64,000 nucleotides of DNA from the NCBI GenBank assembly GCA_044433365.1, contig JAWXTR010000001.1:44860-108859 (forward strand). The letters are read 5' to 3'. Source of the stretch: Rikenellaceae bacterium. Its GTDB lineage: Bacteria; Bacteroidota; Bacteroidia; Bacteroidales; Rikenellaceae. Position numbers and translations under genes: made by a program. Positions 19,366-28,096 of this stretch are shown in pieces; position 1 is the first letter of the stretch, and each line of letters starts with the position of its first letter. The notes under the pieces are model-generated. The model ran no database searches, had not been told where the DNA came from, and saw nothing but the letters and a program-made list of their open reading frames with translations.

Positions 19366-19454
19366 AATAAATATTTTTTTCTAATTGAGAAAAGATATTT
19401 TGATAATAATTTTACAACTCTACATTAAAGTAGAGTAAAACAATCTTTTAAATG

Positions 19455-20129
19455 TTAGCAGCTACCGTTACAGAAGAACTTTTGAGCTAAAACTAAAAGA
19501 GGAACAGCTGTAAAACCTACTGCAATAAATAGAGCATAGATTTTAGCTACACATTTCCAACGTTTAATCCAAATTTGGTTGTTTAAACCTACAGTTTGGA
19601 AAGCTGACCAGAAACCGTGACGAAGGTGGAACCATAAAGCCCAAATCCATACGATGTAGATAACTGCGAAGATAGGGTTACCTAGTTTGTCGCATACTAA
19701 AAGATAAGGATTCTCGGTAGCGTGACCACCAATAAAGTGTTGAAGCTGCATTTGAGCCCAAAAATCATAAAGGTGGATAAATAGGATACCAAGCACGATT
19801 AGACCAAGTACAAACATGTTGCGAGACTCCCAAGTCGACGACTTAGAAAGGTCTTGTACAGCATATTTTACTGGACGTGCACCTTGGTTGCGTAAAGTTA
19901 CGATAAATGCGTAAAGGATGTGGATAATAAATCCAGCAGCCAACACAGGCACCATAATTTTGATTAGAGGGTTTGTGTCCATAAAAGCACACATGGCGTT
20001 GTACGCCTCCTCACCTCCAAAAATCATCAAATTGGCAACTAAGTGCACCAATAGAAAGACGATTAGGAATAAACCTGAAAGGCTCATTACCAATTTCTTC
20101 CCGATAGAAGAACAGAATAAATTACTCAT
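19455..20129 (-). CDS. frdC: succinate dehydrogenase/fumarate reductase cytochrome b subunit
   Basis: 224 aa, five predicted TM helices with conserved His. First gene of a Bacteroides-type frdCAB order. Confidence 0.8.
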   Translation of the reverse strand: MSNLFCSSIGKKLVMSLSGLFLIVFLLVHLVANLMIFGGEEAYNAMCAFMDTNPLIKIMVPVLAAGFIIHILYAFIVTLRNQGARPVKYAVQDLSKSSTWESRNMFVLGLIVLGILFIHLYDFWAQMQLQHFIGGHATENPYLLVCDKLGNPIFAVIYIVWIWALWFHLRHGFWSAFQTVGLNNQIWIKRWKCVAKIYALFIAVGFTAVPLLVLAQKFFCNGSC

Positions 20130-20173
20130 AAAATTATTGTTTTTAAGTGATTTGTTTTATTGTGTTGAAAGTA

Positions 20174-20181
20174 CAAATTTA
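20174..20181 (-). promoter_or_regulatory. candidate Bacteroidota -7 box (TAnnTTTG) for frdCAB
   Basis: Minus strand reads TAAATTTG, with TTTG 20 nt upstream. About 45 nt before the frdC ATG. Confidence 0.3.
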
Positions 20182-20272
20182 ACACTGTTTTTTGAATAAC
20201 ACAAACTATTTGTAAAGTTTTTAATACTTTTTAAAAAATTTGTGAGAAAAATTTGAAAAACTAGAGATTTTT

Positions 20273-20310
20273 AAGGCTTAAAATCACTAGATTTAGTGAT
20301 TTTAAGCCTT
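20273..20310 (-). terminator. perfect 17-bp hairpin downstream of aroA
   Basis: AAGGCTTAAAATCACTA GATT TAGTGATTTTAAGCCTT. No clear U-run on either strand. Confidence 0.4.
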
Positions 20311-20375
20311 AAAAACAAAAAATCTCTCAAAATCCAGAAATTACAACTCCCCCTATAAAAAATTTTTACTCTTTT

Positions 20376-21635
20376 TTACTCACCATTTTTAGTGACTGAT
20401 TTTAGGTCGTTCCAAAATTTAGAATACGATTTATTTACCGCCTCAGCGTGGGTAATCTCGACACTCCCACTAGTGCTAGTAAGTGCTGCCACAGCTGCTG
20501 CCATTGCAATTCGGTGGTCATTGCAGCTATCAACACTAACTTCTCCCTTAATTTCACCACCTGTAACCACCATTTTATCTTCAATAGATATATCAATCTC
20601 GATTGAAAGAGCGGCAAAAAGCTCTTTTATTGTCTTTGCTCTATCGCTCTCTTTATGTGTTAGTCGTTTTGTACCTACAATAGTACTTTTTCCTTTGCAC
20701 GATGCTGCTAAGGCTGCAAGAGCTGGAAATAGGTCGGGACAGTCGGTTGCATCAAATTCAAAACCAACTAAATCTGATTTTCTAACTGTTACATAGTCGC
20801 TACCAATTTCAATATCGGCTTTAGCTCTTCTAAGAGCCTCCAAAATCGCAATATCAGCTTGCGATGAGTCGTTTTTTAAGTTTTTTATGGTAATACTACC
20901 ACTAGTTGCACCTGCAACAAGCAGGCAAGATGCACCGCTCCAATCTCCCTCAACGGTATAATCAAAATTTTGATACTTTTGCCCCCCTTTTATCCTAAAT
21001 TTTTGGTAATTTTCGTTTACAATCTCCACGCCAGCCATTTTTATGGTATCGAGAGTCATATCTATATATGGCTTGCTCTTTAAATCCTTAACATTTAGCA
21101 CTGAATCTACCTCACAAAGAGGTAAGGCGATTAAAAGCCCAGAGATAAATTGAGAGCTAAGCGAACCATCTACCTCTATTTCACCTCCTTTAATTGGACC
21201 GCAAACTGAAAGGGGTAAAAATCCGTTATTGCTCTCGAATCTCACACCTAAATCGGTTAAAGGCTGCTGCATAGTGATAATCGGGCGTTTTAAGATTGAA
21301 CCCTCACCAGTAATAGTGGTTTTTGAGTCGAAAATCGATGCTATAGGGGTGAAAAGACGAGTTGCAAGACCCGATTCGCCAATAAAAAGCTGCTCTTTTT
21401 TACCCGTAAAATCACCACCAACTACCGTTGCAGTTCGCCCTTCTAGGGTAACTGTAGCCCCTAAATCGGCAATTAACGATAAAACTGCATCGACATCGCC
21501 GCCACTATCAATATTTCTTACTCTACTCACGCCCTGAGCTAGTGCCGAAAGTGCCAAAGCTCTTTGCGCATAACTTTTTGATGCAGGGGCTAAAATCTCT
21601 CCCTCTATTTTTGATGGTTTTACTGTTATAATCAT
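20376..21635 (-). CDS. aroA: 3-phosphoshikimate 1-carboxyvinyltransferase (EPSP synthase)
   Basis: 419 aa. N-terminal ..PASKSYAQRAL.., LFIGESGLATR, full-length EPSP synthase pattern. Confidence 0.9.
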   Translation of the reverse strand: MIITVKPSKIEGEILAPASKSYAQRALALSALAQGVSRVRNIDSGGDVDAVLSLIADLGATVTLEGRTATVVGGDFTGKKEQLFIGESGLATRLFTPIASIFDSKTTITGEGSILKRPIITMQQPLTDLGVRFESNNGFLPLSVCGPIKGGEIEVDGSLSSQFISGLLIALPLCEVDSVLNVKDLKSKPYIDMTLDTIKMAGVEIVNENYQKFRIKGGQKYQNFDYTVEGDWSGASCLLVAGATSGSITIKNLKNDSSQADIAILEALRRAKADIEIGSDYVTVRKSDLVGFEFDATDCPDLFPALAALAASCKGKSTIVGTKRLTHKESDRAKTIKELFAALSIEIDISIEDKMVVTGGEIKGEVSVDSCNDHRIAMAAAVAALTSTSGSVEITHAEAVNKSYSKFWNDLKSVTKNGE

Positions 21636-21644
21636 GGGTTTATT

Positions 21645-21690
21645 AATTTATAATTCATAATTCATAATTCATAATGCATAATTCATAATT
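21645..21690 (-). repeat. heptanucleotide satellite array directly upstream of aroA
   Basis: AATTTATAATTCATAATTCATAATTCATAATGCATAATTCATAATT. Confidence 0.95.
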
Positions 21691-21715
21691 GTTGGTATTA
21701 ATCATTACTGCTGTT

Positions 21716-21957
21716 AAGTAGTGTAAAACAATTATTGCCATATTTTTAACAGCACTAAGTAGTGTAAAACAATTATTGCCATATTCTTAATAGCACTCTT
21801 GGAGCGATATTTTTTACTATTAAATCTCAATATAGAACCACTATATTTTCGATTCAATAGCAAAAAATCTCATCTCCAATAGCACTATTAAAAATACACC
21901 AATAATTATTTTACCCTACTTATTAAAAACAGACCAATAATTATTTCACACTACTTA
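21716..21957 (-). mobile_element. nested TA-MITE165: full copy inside the central TA of a ~74-bp miniature derivative
   Basis: Left terminus (39 bp), TA, complete element, TA, right terminus (33 bp), TA. Confidence 0.8.
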
Positions 21958-22113
21958 ATTTGAGTACAAATATAATCTATTTTAGCCAATGAGTATAATA
22001 ATATAGGTAAATATATCTTTAAAAATGGTGATTGTTTCAAATTTTTACGTAAATTTGCAGAGCATATCTATAGGGAATTTAGAACTTCCCTGTATACAAA
22101 TACAATAAATATT

Positions 22114-22761
22114 ATGATAGATTTTCTTTTTACTCCTGAGTCGATAGCTCGCAATGGCTTTCAGAAAAATATTGAAGTGGTTTTGGCAGCAGTTAAAAGT
22201 GATTGTTTCTACACTATTTCACTTCCTCCTCGTTATTTAGAAGAGGGTGCAATTGCTATTGGTGACACCCCTCTAGTTAATATATGTTCTATGTCTCAAT
22301 ACGCTTCGCTTACATATCCAGAAGTGGCGATATTAGAGGTTGCAATGGCTATAGAAAATGGTGCCGACGAGATTGAAATCCCTATCGATATGATTGCCAT
22401 CAAAAATGGCGATATAGATTTGGCTCTAGGCGAGATAGATGTGCTTGTCAAAGAGATTGACGGTGCAGCTCAACCTACAGTTTTTATGGAAAGTGGTGAG
22501 TTTAATAGCTTCGAGCAATTTATTTCTATGGTAAAAAGGTTAGAACTACTTGGTGTATACCAAATTACAATGAATAGCGACCCAAAAGATTTCTATAACA
22601 TTAAATATCTGGATGAAACAATAGCATTTATTGAAGAGAATGAAATGGAGATAACTTTAAAGATTAATGCCAATATAAATATTAATAATCTCGAGAGTGA
22701 GGTCGACAAATTATTCGAAAGATATGGCGACTCTTCGCTCACTGTTCGAATGACTCTTTAA
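22114..22761 (+). CDS. DeoC-like (class I aldolase fold) protein, probably non-catalytic
   Basis: 215 aa. AIENGADEIEIPIDMIAIKNGD and VFMESGEF align by eye to DeoC AIAYGADEVDVV.. and VIIETGEL, but the Schiff-base Lys position (FIKTSTG) reads QITMNSD. Confidence 0.5.
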   Translation: MIDFLFTPESIARNGFQKNIEVVLAAVKSDCFYTISLPPRYLEEGAIAIGDTPLVNICSMSQYASLTYPEVAILEVAMAIENGADEIEIPIDMIAIKNGDIDLALGEIDVLVKEIDGAAQPTVFMESGEFNSFEQFISMVKRLELLGVYQITMNSDPKDFYNIKYLDETIAFIEENEMEITLKINANININNLESEVDKLFERYGDSSLTVRMTL

Positions 22762-22798
22762 TTCGTAATTCATAATTTATAATTTATAATTCATAATT
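22760..22798 (-). repeat. heptanucleotide satellite array
   Basis: AATTCGTAATTCATAATTTATAATTTATAATTCATAATT overlapping the stop codon of 22114..22761. Confidence 0.95.
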
Positions 22799-22870
22799 AC
22801 ATTTTTACTATTTTTGCAGTCGTTTTTTAAAGCAAACAGATTAAATAAACAATTAAACATATATAAAATT

Positions 22871-23845
22871 ATGAGTAAAGGTCCTATTTCTCAATTTATT
22901 GAGCATAACTACCGCCATTTTAACGCTGCTGCGCTTGTAGATGCAGCAAAAGGTTACGAAACTCACCTATTAGAGGGTGGAAAAATGATGCTTGCTATGG
23001 CAGGTGCAATGAGTACTGCTGAGCTAGGTATCTCACTAGCTGAGATGATTCGTCAAGACAAAATTCAGATTATCTCTTGTTCGGCAAACAACTTAGAGGA
23101 GGATATTATGAACCTTGTAGCGCATTCACACTACAAACGTGTTCCTAATTATCGTGATTTAACTCCAGAGCAGGAGCGTGAACTTCTTGACAACCACTAC
23201 AATCGTGTTACCGACACTTGTATCCCAGAAGAGGAGGCTTTTCGTCGTCTACAACGCCATATCTACGATATTTGGAAAGATGCAGACACTAAAGGCGAAC
23301 GCTACCTACCTTATGAGTTTATGTATAAAATGCTAGAATCGGGTGTTTTAGAACAATATTACGAAATCGACCCTAAAGATAGCTGGGTACTTGCTGCTTG
23401 TGAGAAAAATATCCCTATCGTAGTTCCAGGTTGGGAAGATAGTACTATGGGTAATATCTTTACATCTTACGTAATCAAAGGTGAGTTAAAAGCTGACACT
23501 GTAAAAGGTGGTATCGAGACTATGATTTTCTTAACAGAGTGGTATCGTCAAAATTCAGGTGGTAAAGGCGTAGGTTTCTTCCAAATCGGTGGTGGTATCG
23601 CTGGCGACTTCCCTATCTGTGTTGTACCTATGATGTATCAAGATCTTGAGTGGGAAGATGTTCCTTTCTGGGCATATTTCTGCCAAATTTCCGACTCTAC
23701 AACCTCATACGGTTCATATTCTGGTGCAGTTCCAAACGAAAAAATCACTTGGGGCAAATTAGATATCGACACACCTAAATTTATCGTAGAAAGCGATGCT
23801 ACAATTGTTGCTCCGCTTATCTTCTCTTATGTTTTAGGGCATTAG
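22871..23845 (+). CDS. deoxyhypusine synthase family protein (bacterial DHS-like)
   Basis: Start at MSKGPISQF. LAMAGAMSTAELG, SCSANNLEEDI, VPGWEDSTMGN and FQIGGGIAGDFP match the DHS/homospermidine-synthase-like fold as I recall it. Confidence 0.75.
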   Translation: MSKGPISQFIEHNYRHFNAAALVDAAKGYETHLLEGGKMMLAMAGAMSTAELGISLAEMIRQDKIQIISCSANNLEEDIMNLVAHSHYKRVPNYRDLTPEQERELLDNHYNRVTDTCIPEEEAFRRLQRHIYDIWKDADTKGERYLPYEFMYKMLESGVLEQYYEIDPKDSWVLAACEKNIPIVVPGWEDSTMGNIFTSYVIKGELKADTVKGGIETMIFLTEWYRQNSGGKGVGFFQIGGGIAGDFPICVVPMMYQDLEWEDVPFWAYFCQISDSTTSYGSYSGAVPNEKITWGKLDIDTPKFIVESDATIVAPLIFSYVLGH

Positions 23846-23855
23846 TAAAACAAAA

Positions 23856-24015
23856 GTGAACTTCTAAAAATTGGATTTTAACGCTTTTTTATTTTGAGGC
23901 TTCACCTTTGAATTTGCAAAATGCACCGTAGTCACCGCTACGCCCACATTTTGTAAAATCCAAATCTAAAACCTCAAAATAAAAAATCGAATAAAACCAA
24001 CTATTAGAACTCCCC
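23856..24015 (+). mobile_element. GGGAAC-type element, long form (short form plus nested ~115-bp palindrome)
   Basis: GTGAACTTCTAAAAAT[..palindromic insert..]AAAAATCGAATAAAACCAACTATTAGAACTCCCC. Confidence 0.8.
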
Positions 24016-24145
24016 ATAAAAAATAAGAATTTTCTTATGCTTACAAGAGTGTAAGAAATTTTTTTGATTTTTATTGATATTTATAATAAGGTTCTCAATG
24101 GAACAAATAAGAAATTTACAAGCAACAAATACAATTAGAACAGTA

Positions 24146-24577
24146 GGTATAGGCGTTTAGACCACCCACTATACATTCCACTACCAAGCTGTTTTGGCTC
24201 ATTTTGAACGATCCTAACTATAAGGTTATCGAATATAATCCACATATTTGTCCGTATATTACACCTGTAATTGTACTCGTCGATATATCCTTGCCTATGT
24301 CGAACATCGTTCCTGTGGTTGGACTCTCATTGTATTTACACTTCATACACCTGCATGAATGGGATTTTGATCCACGATAATATTGCATGTGACCACATTT
24401 ACGACAGACATAACCATCTGCCAACTTGACATCCGCCAAGTATTTACAGCAATCGTCGTCGCTCTGAAAATAGCGATTGAATTTAATCAAGTTCACTTCT
24501 CTAAATTTATTTTCTTTACCCATTCTGCAAAGGTAGGTATTATTATTTTATTGGATGGTCTAAATGCCTACGCCTAT
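24146..24577 (-). mobile_element. IS1595-family remnant (inverted ends around a truncated transposase)
   Basis: GGTATAGGCGTTTAGACC (left) versus GGTCTAAATGCCTACGCCTATA (right), an imperfect inverted repeat. Encloses only the Zn-ribbon N-terminus of the transposase. Confidence 0.6.
24218..24523 (-). pseudogene. IS1595-family transposase, N-terminal zinc-ribbon fragment only
   Basis: CCKYLADVKLADGYVCRKCGH..YYRGSKSHSCRCMKCKYNESPTTGTMF matches the transposase zinc-ribbon domain. The sequence diverges and stops after about 100 aa, and no DDE domain follows. Confidence 0.7.
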
Positions 24578-24790
24578 ATTATTTTTTCAATTGATTTTTA
24601 AATAAACAACAGTGAAACATAGTTTTTAAAGCAAAAAAATAATAGGATTAGGCGCATAGAGCGCACTCGTTATAACACTTTCTACACTTAATTTCAACAT
24701 CATTTACGATGTATAGTACTGGGCTGAATGCGGTTTGTCTATAAGTATAAATATACATTTGTCTCATTATCAAGCTATAAGTCTTAAAAT

Positions 24791-24955
24791 AAGTAGTTTG
24801 AGATAATTATTGGTGTGTTTTTGATAGTGCTATTGGAGATGAGATTTTTTGCTATTTAATTGAAAATATCGTGGTTCTACATTGAGATTTAATAGTGAAA
24901 AACATCGCTCCAAGAGTGCTATTAAAAATATGGCAATAATTGTTTTTCACTACTT
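24791..24955 (+). mobile_element. TA-MITE165, diverged full copy, itself inside a ~340-bp segment bounded by GATTAGGYGCATAGAGC inverted repeats (24645-24982)
   Basis: TA flanks. Outer inverted repeat is GGATTAGGCGCATAGAGCGCAC / GTGCTCTATGCACCTAATTC. Confidence 0.75.
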
Positions 24956-25280
24956 ACAATGTGCTCTATGCACCTAATTCTAAAAAAAAAATTGCATAAT
25001 ATATTGTAGTACAAGAACTTGTAGGTATAATAATAAGAATAGTTATTATTTTGCTTGCAAAATAGATATTACGCATATTATATTTGCAGAATCATAAAAT
25101 AACCAACTTGCAAGTGATTTTTATTTGGTGATGTCAAAATTTAATATTAACTTTAAAACGTAAAATTGTGTTATACGACAAAGATTTATATGAAAATTAT
25201 CCAAGTTATTTAATGGATAAGAAAAAAGAAATAAAAAGGAGAATGAAATAGGATATGGTGCTCCGTCACCAATTCCTACT

Positions 25281-25910
25281 TTGGGTAATCAACAGGAATA
25301 TGGAACAGATTATTGGAAAACTTCAACAATGTTCAAACCTTCATCTGACAATACAAGGAAAGCGATGGATATACAATATGATGGACAATTTTTAACTGCA
25401 AATGCATATGATATTTCAGAAGAGGGAGATACTATTACTCAAAAAAGTTTTAAAAGAAAAGCATATTCAGGAAGACCTGAGAATGGAATATTTGATTATT
25501 CGGTGGAAAATCAAGCAACAAGGGGATCAGGTCCACTACCAGAGGGAAGTTATTATATCAATCCACAAAAAATACAAAGATATAATCCTTCTGTTTTAGA
25601 AAATACAATAGATCACATTGGAGGTGCTTTAGGACAAATTCACCCTAAACTGAAACGAGGAACTAGACCAGGAGGGACAACATCTTGGGGTAATGGTCTT
25701 ATAGATATTTATCCAAATGAGGTAGAAGTTGACTATAATGGGAAAAAGATAAAGCGAGATAAGTTTACTATTCATGGGGGAACGGAGCCTGGAAGTGCTG
25801 GCTGTATTGATTTATTAGATAACGATGAAGAGTTTTTCGATTTTATTGACACAAATAAAGGCAATCTTGATTCCGTTGCTTTAAAAGTCGATTATTCTCA
25901 ATTTAAATAA
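25281..25910 (+). CDS. Tlde1/DUF2778-like L,D-transpeptidase-fold toxin domain protein (start uncertain: TTG 25281 or ATG 25329)
   Basis: GSGPLPEGSYYI and RDKFTIHGGTEPGSAGCIDLL resemble the DUF2778/Tlde1 motifs (GPIPxGxY, FxIHG..SxGC). There is no in-frame ATG between the upstream stop at 25218 and 25329. Confidence 0.55.
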   Translation: MGNQQEYGTDYWKTSTMFKPSSDNTRKAMDIQYDGQFLTANAYDISEEGDTITQKSFKRKAYSGRPENGIFDYSVENQATRGSGPLPEGSYYINPQKIQRYNPSVLENTIDHIGGALGQIHPKLKRGTRPGGTTSWGNGLIDIYPNEVEVDYNGKKIKRDKFTIHGGTEPGSAGCIDLLDNDEEFFDFIDTNKGNLDSVALKVDYSQFK

Positions 25911-25917
25911 TACATAT

Positions 25918-26104
25918 GAATAAAGGTTTGAAATTTTAAAACTATTTTGAGCTATTTTTACAATAAGAGTTATAAAAAAATAACTTTTGTTAATGCTTTT
26001 TTTAAAAAAGCACGCCCTAAGGGCTGGCAAAAATCGTTCGTTTTCACTCACTGCTTCGCTCCGCTCGCTAAAATAGGAAGAAGGTTTTTCAAACCTTTAT
26101 TCGC
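25918..26104. mobile_element. M190 palindromic-terminus element inserted between toxin-like ORF and downstream membrane ORF
   Basis: GAATAAAGGTTTGAAA ... TTTCAAACCTTTATTC, a perfect 16-bp terminal inverted repeat. Interior is near-identical to 57111-57300. Confidence 0.8.
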
Positions 26105-26188
26105 ATAATACAATAACAATCAGTAAAACTATATTTTATTGCTGATTTGAATATATGTAATTATACAACATTATAAAAATAATACAAA

Positions 26189-26560
26189 ATGCAAAATATT
26201 TCAGAATTTAAAAAATTATTAACTAAAATTACAAGAATAGTATCTGTTATAATATTTACAATATTAGCATCTGGATATATTTATGAATATTGCATTAATG
26301 ATTATTCTGATTACATGTTTGGTCGTATAGCAGACGATACATCATGGCATTATAATATTACTTATTATCGTGCGGCAATGTTTTTATATTCTATATATTT
26401 TATATTGTGCCTTTTTCTTGTAATATTTTCAAAAAAGATTCATAATATTATATTTTTTTCGTTAATTTTACTTTTAGCTCTATTTATGATGTTCGTTTTG
26501 CAATATGATTATAGTAACCCACCTGTTTGGGTTTTGTATTTTTATAATATATTCCATTAA
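26189..26560 (+). CDS. small polytopic membrane protein (candidate immunity partner)
   Basis: 123 aa, three hydrophobic helices, very AT-rich codon usage. Only its position argues for an immunity role. Confidence 0.45.
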   Translation: MQNISEFKKLLTKITRIVSVIIFTILASGYIYEYCINDYSDYMFGRIADDTSWHYNITYYRAAMFLYSIYFILCLFLVIFSKKIHNIIFFSLILLLALFMMFVLQYDYSNPPVWVLYFYNIFH

Positions 26561-26591
26561 AAAAATCAGTAATTAAACTCCTCAGTGTATT

Positions 26592-26630
26592 AGATCATAA
26601 TAAGGTTATATCTCTTATTATGATCTTTTT
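26592..26630 (+). terminator. rho-independent-type terminator
   Basis: AGATCATAATAAG / CTTATTATGATCT 13-bp stem, 9-nt loop, TTTT tail. Confidence 0.6.
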
Positions 26631-26779
26631 AGTTGGGTCATTCGCAAAACCTATATATTAAGTTAGCTTGCAATTAGTTACATGCCTGAAAAACCTCCGA
26701 ATTACCTCCAATTTGCAAAATCTAAATCTAAAACCTTAAAACAAAAAATCTCTCAAAATACAGAATTTAGAACCTTCAT

Positions 26780-27502
26780 TTAATGCTTACTCTTCCCCCT
26801 ATCAGCACGAGCAAGCGTGGCGACGCTAATTGTGCAGTTGTCGCAGCTATCGGTGATACATTTTATTAGTGAGTGGATTGTTGAACCTGTTGTGATTACA
26901 TCGTCGACAATCAAAATATGTTTTCCGTCTAGTTTTTCGCCCTCTGCAACTCTAAAAATATTTTCGCTATTTTTCAATCTCCTTTTTTGATTTTTTATTG
27001 AGGATTGAGCACGATTATTTACTGTTCGTCTTACCGCTTTTTTCTCTACATCACATCCAAAAATTGATGCCATGCCATCGGCGATAAGTTCGGATTGATT
27101 GTAGCCACGCCACAACTTTTTGAGAGGGTGAAGAGGTAGTGGAATGATAATATCGACATCTTTAACGGAAATTTCCTTATCTTTTAACACTCTGGCAAAC
27201 ATTGCCCCAAACTCTTTTGCACTCTGGCTTTGGTTACGAAATTTCATATTCAAAATAGCCCTTGAAAATATATCATTTTTGCGATAATAACACATCGAAG
27301 CAGCCCAAAATATCGGATAATCAGCGTTTAACAGTTCAAAAGTTTTGTTGTTGCTCTCAAGCCAATCGTAAGTGTAGGGGATGTTTATGCGACACGAAGT
27401 ACACAAAATTCTTTCGCCCTCAGAGAGTTTTGATTGGCAGGCTACACACAATTTTGGAATAATTAACTCTATAATGTTTGATATTAGACTCTTTTTTTGC
27501 AT
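26780..27502 (-). CDS. comF: ComF family protein (phosphoribosyltransferase domain)
   Basis: N-terminal CxxC..CxxC zinc finger (CVACQS..CTSCR) and PRTase loop ILIVDDVITTGSTI. Confidence 0.8.
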   Translation of the reverse strand: MQKKSLISNIIELIIPKLCVACQSKLSEGERILCTSCRINIPYTYDWLESNNKTFELLNADYPIFWAASMCYYRKNDIFSRAILNMKFRNQSQSAKEFGAMFARVLKDKEISVKDVDIIIPLPLHPLKKLWRGYNQSELIADGMASIFGCDVEKKAVRRTVNNRAQSSIKNQKRRLKNSENIFRVAEGEKLDGKHILIVDDVITTGSTIHSLIKCITDSCDNCTISVATLARADRGKSKH

Positions 27503-27556
27503 CTTTGTAGTTTGTTACGTGGTTTAAAAAATGTAAATATAATAAATTAAAATATA

Positions 27557-28003
27557 ATGAAACGTTATTTTTTTCGAGCAGTGCGTTATTTGCTCTATGT
27601 AGTAGTAATTTTTATCCTAATCTTTTCGGTTATGAACCTTATGGGTCAGAGTGAGGTGACAATCGATATGTTACCCTCATTTTTTGCCTCTTCACGTGCT
27701 TTAATAATGGGTATGATAATGGTGGTTTTAATAGCTATTCACCCTATTTTATCCTACACAAAACGCCCCTTGGGAGTAGATTTTAATAGTGGTCGTGACC
27801 ACGTTCTTGCTATTTTGGCTGAGTATGATTATCAAATTAAGAGCGAAACAGAGAGTGAAGTTGTACTTCAACAAAAAACTGCTTGGCGACGTATTCTTTC
27901 GCCAAACGACGATACAATAACAATCGACAAAAAATCGTTTCCTACTATGATTGAGGGAAATAGAAAGGCTTTGGTAAGGGTTTTAATTCGTGTTAAACCG
28001 TAA
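27557..28003 (+). CDS. membrane protein, unknown function
   Basis: 148 aa, two N-terminal TM helices, soluble C-terminal half. Confidence 0.6.
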   Translation: MKRYFFRAVRYLLYVVVIFILIFSVMNLMGQSEVTIDMLPSFFASSRALIMGMIMVVLIAIHPILSYTKRPLGVDFNSGRDHVLAILAEYDYQIKSETESEVVLQQKTAWRRILSPNDDTITIDKKSFPTMIEGNRKALVRVLIRVKP

Positions 28004-28015
28004 TTAAAATCTTTA

Positions 28016-28059
28016 GGGAACTTCTAAAAATCGAATAAAACCAATTATTAGAACTCCCC
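28016..28059 (+). mobile_element. GGGAAC-type mini palindromic element (short form)
   Basis: 44-bp copy 13 nt after the stop of 27557..28003. Flanks are TTTA / TTTT. Confidence 0.8.
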
Positions 28060-28096
28060 TTTTTTAAAAGGTCTTAAAAATTTAAAAATTAACCAA

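Noticed and set aside
24146-26630. Type VI secretion locus or prophage around the toxin-like ORF and the Bro-N ORF
   Set aside because: No structural secretion, phage capsid/tail, integrase or tRNA attachment features occur in the window. Only isolated fragments are present.
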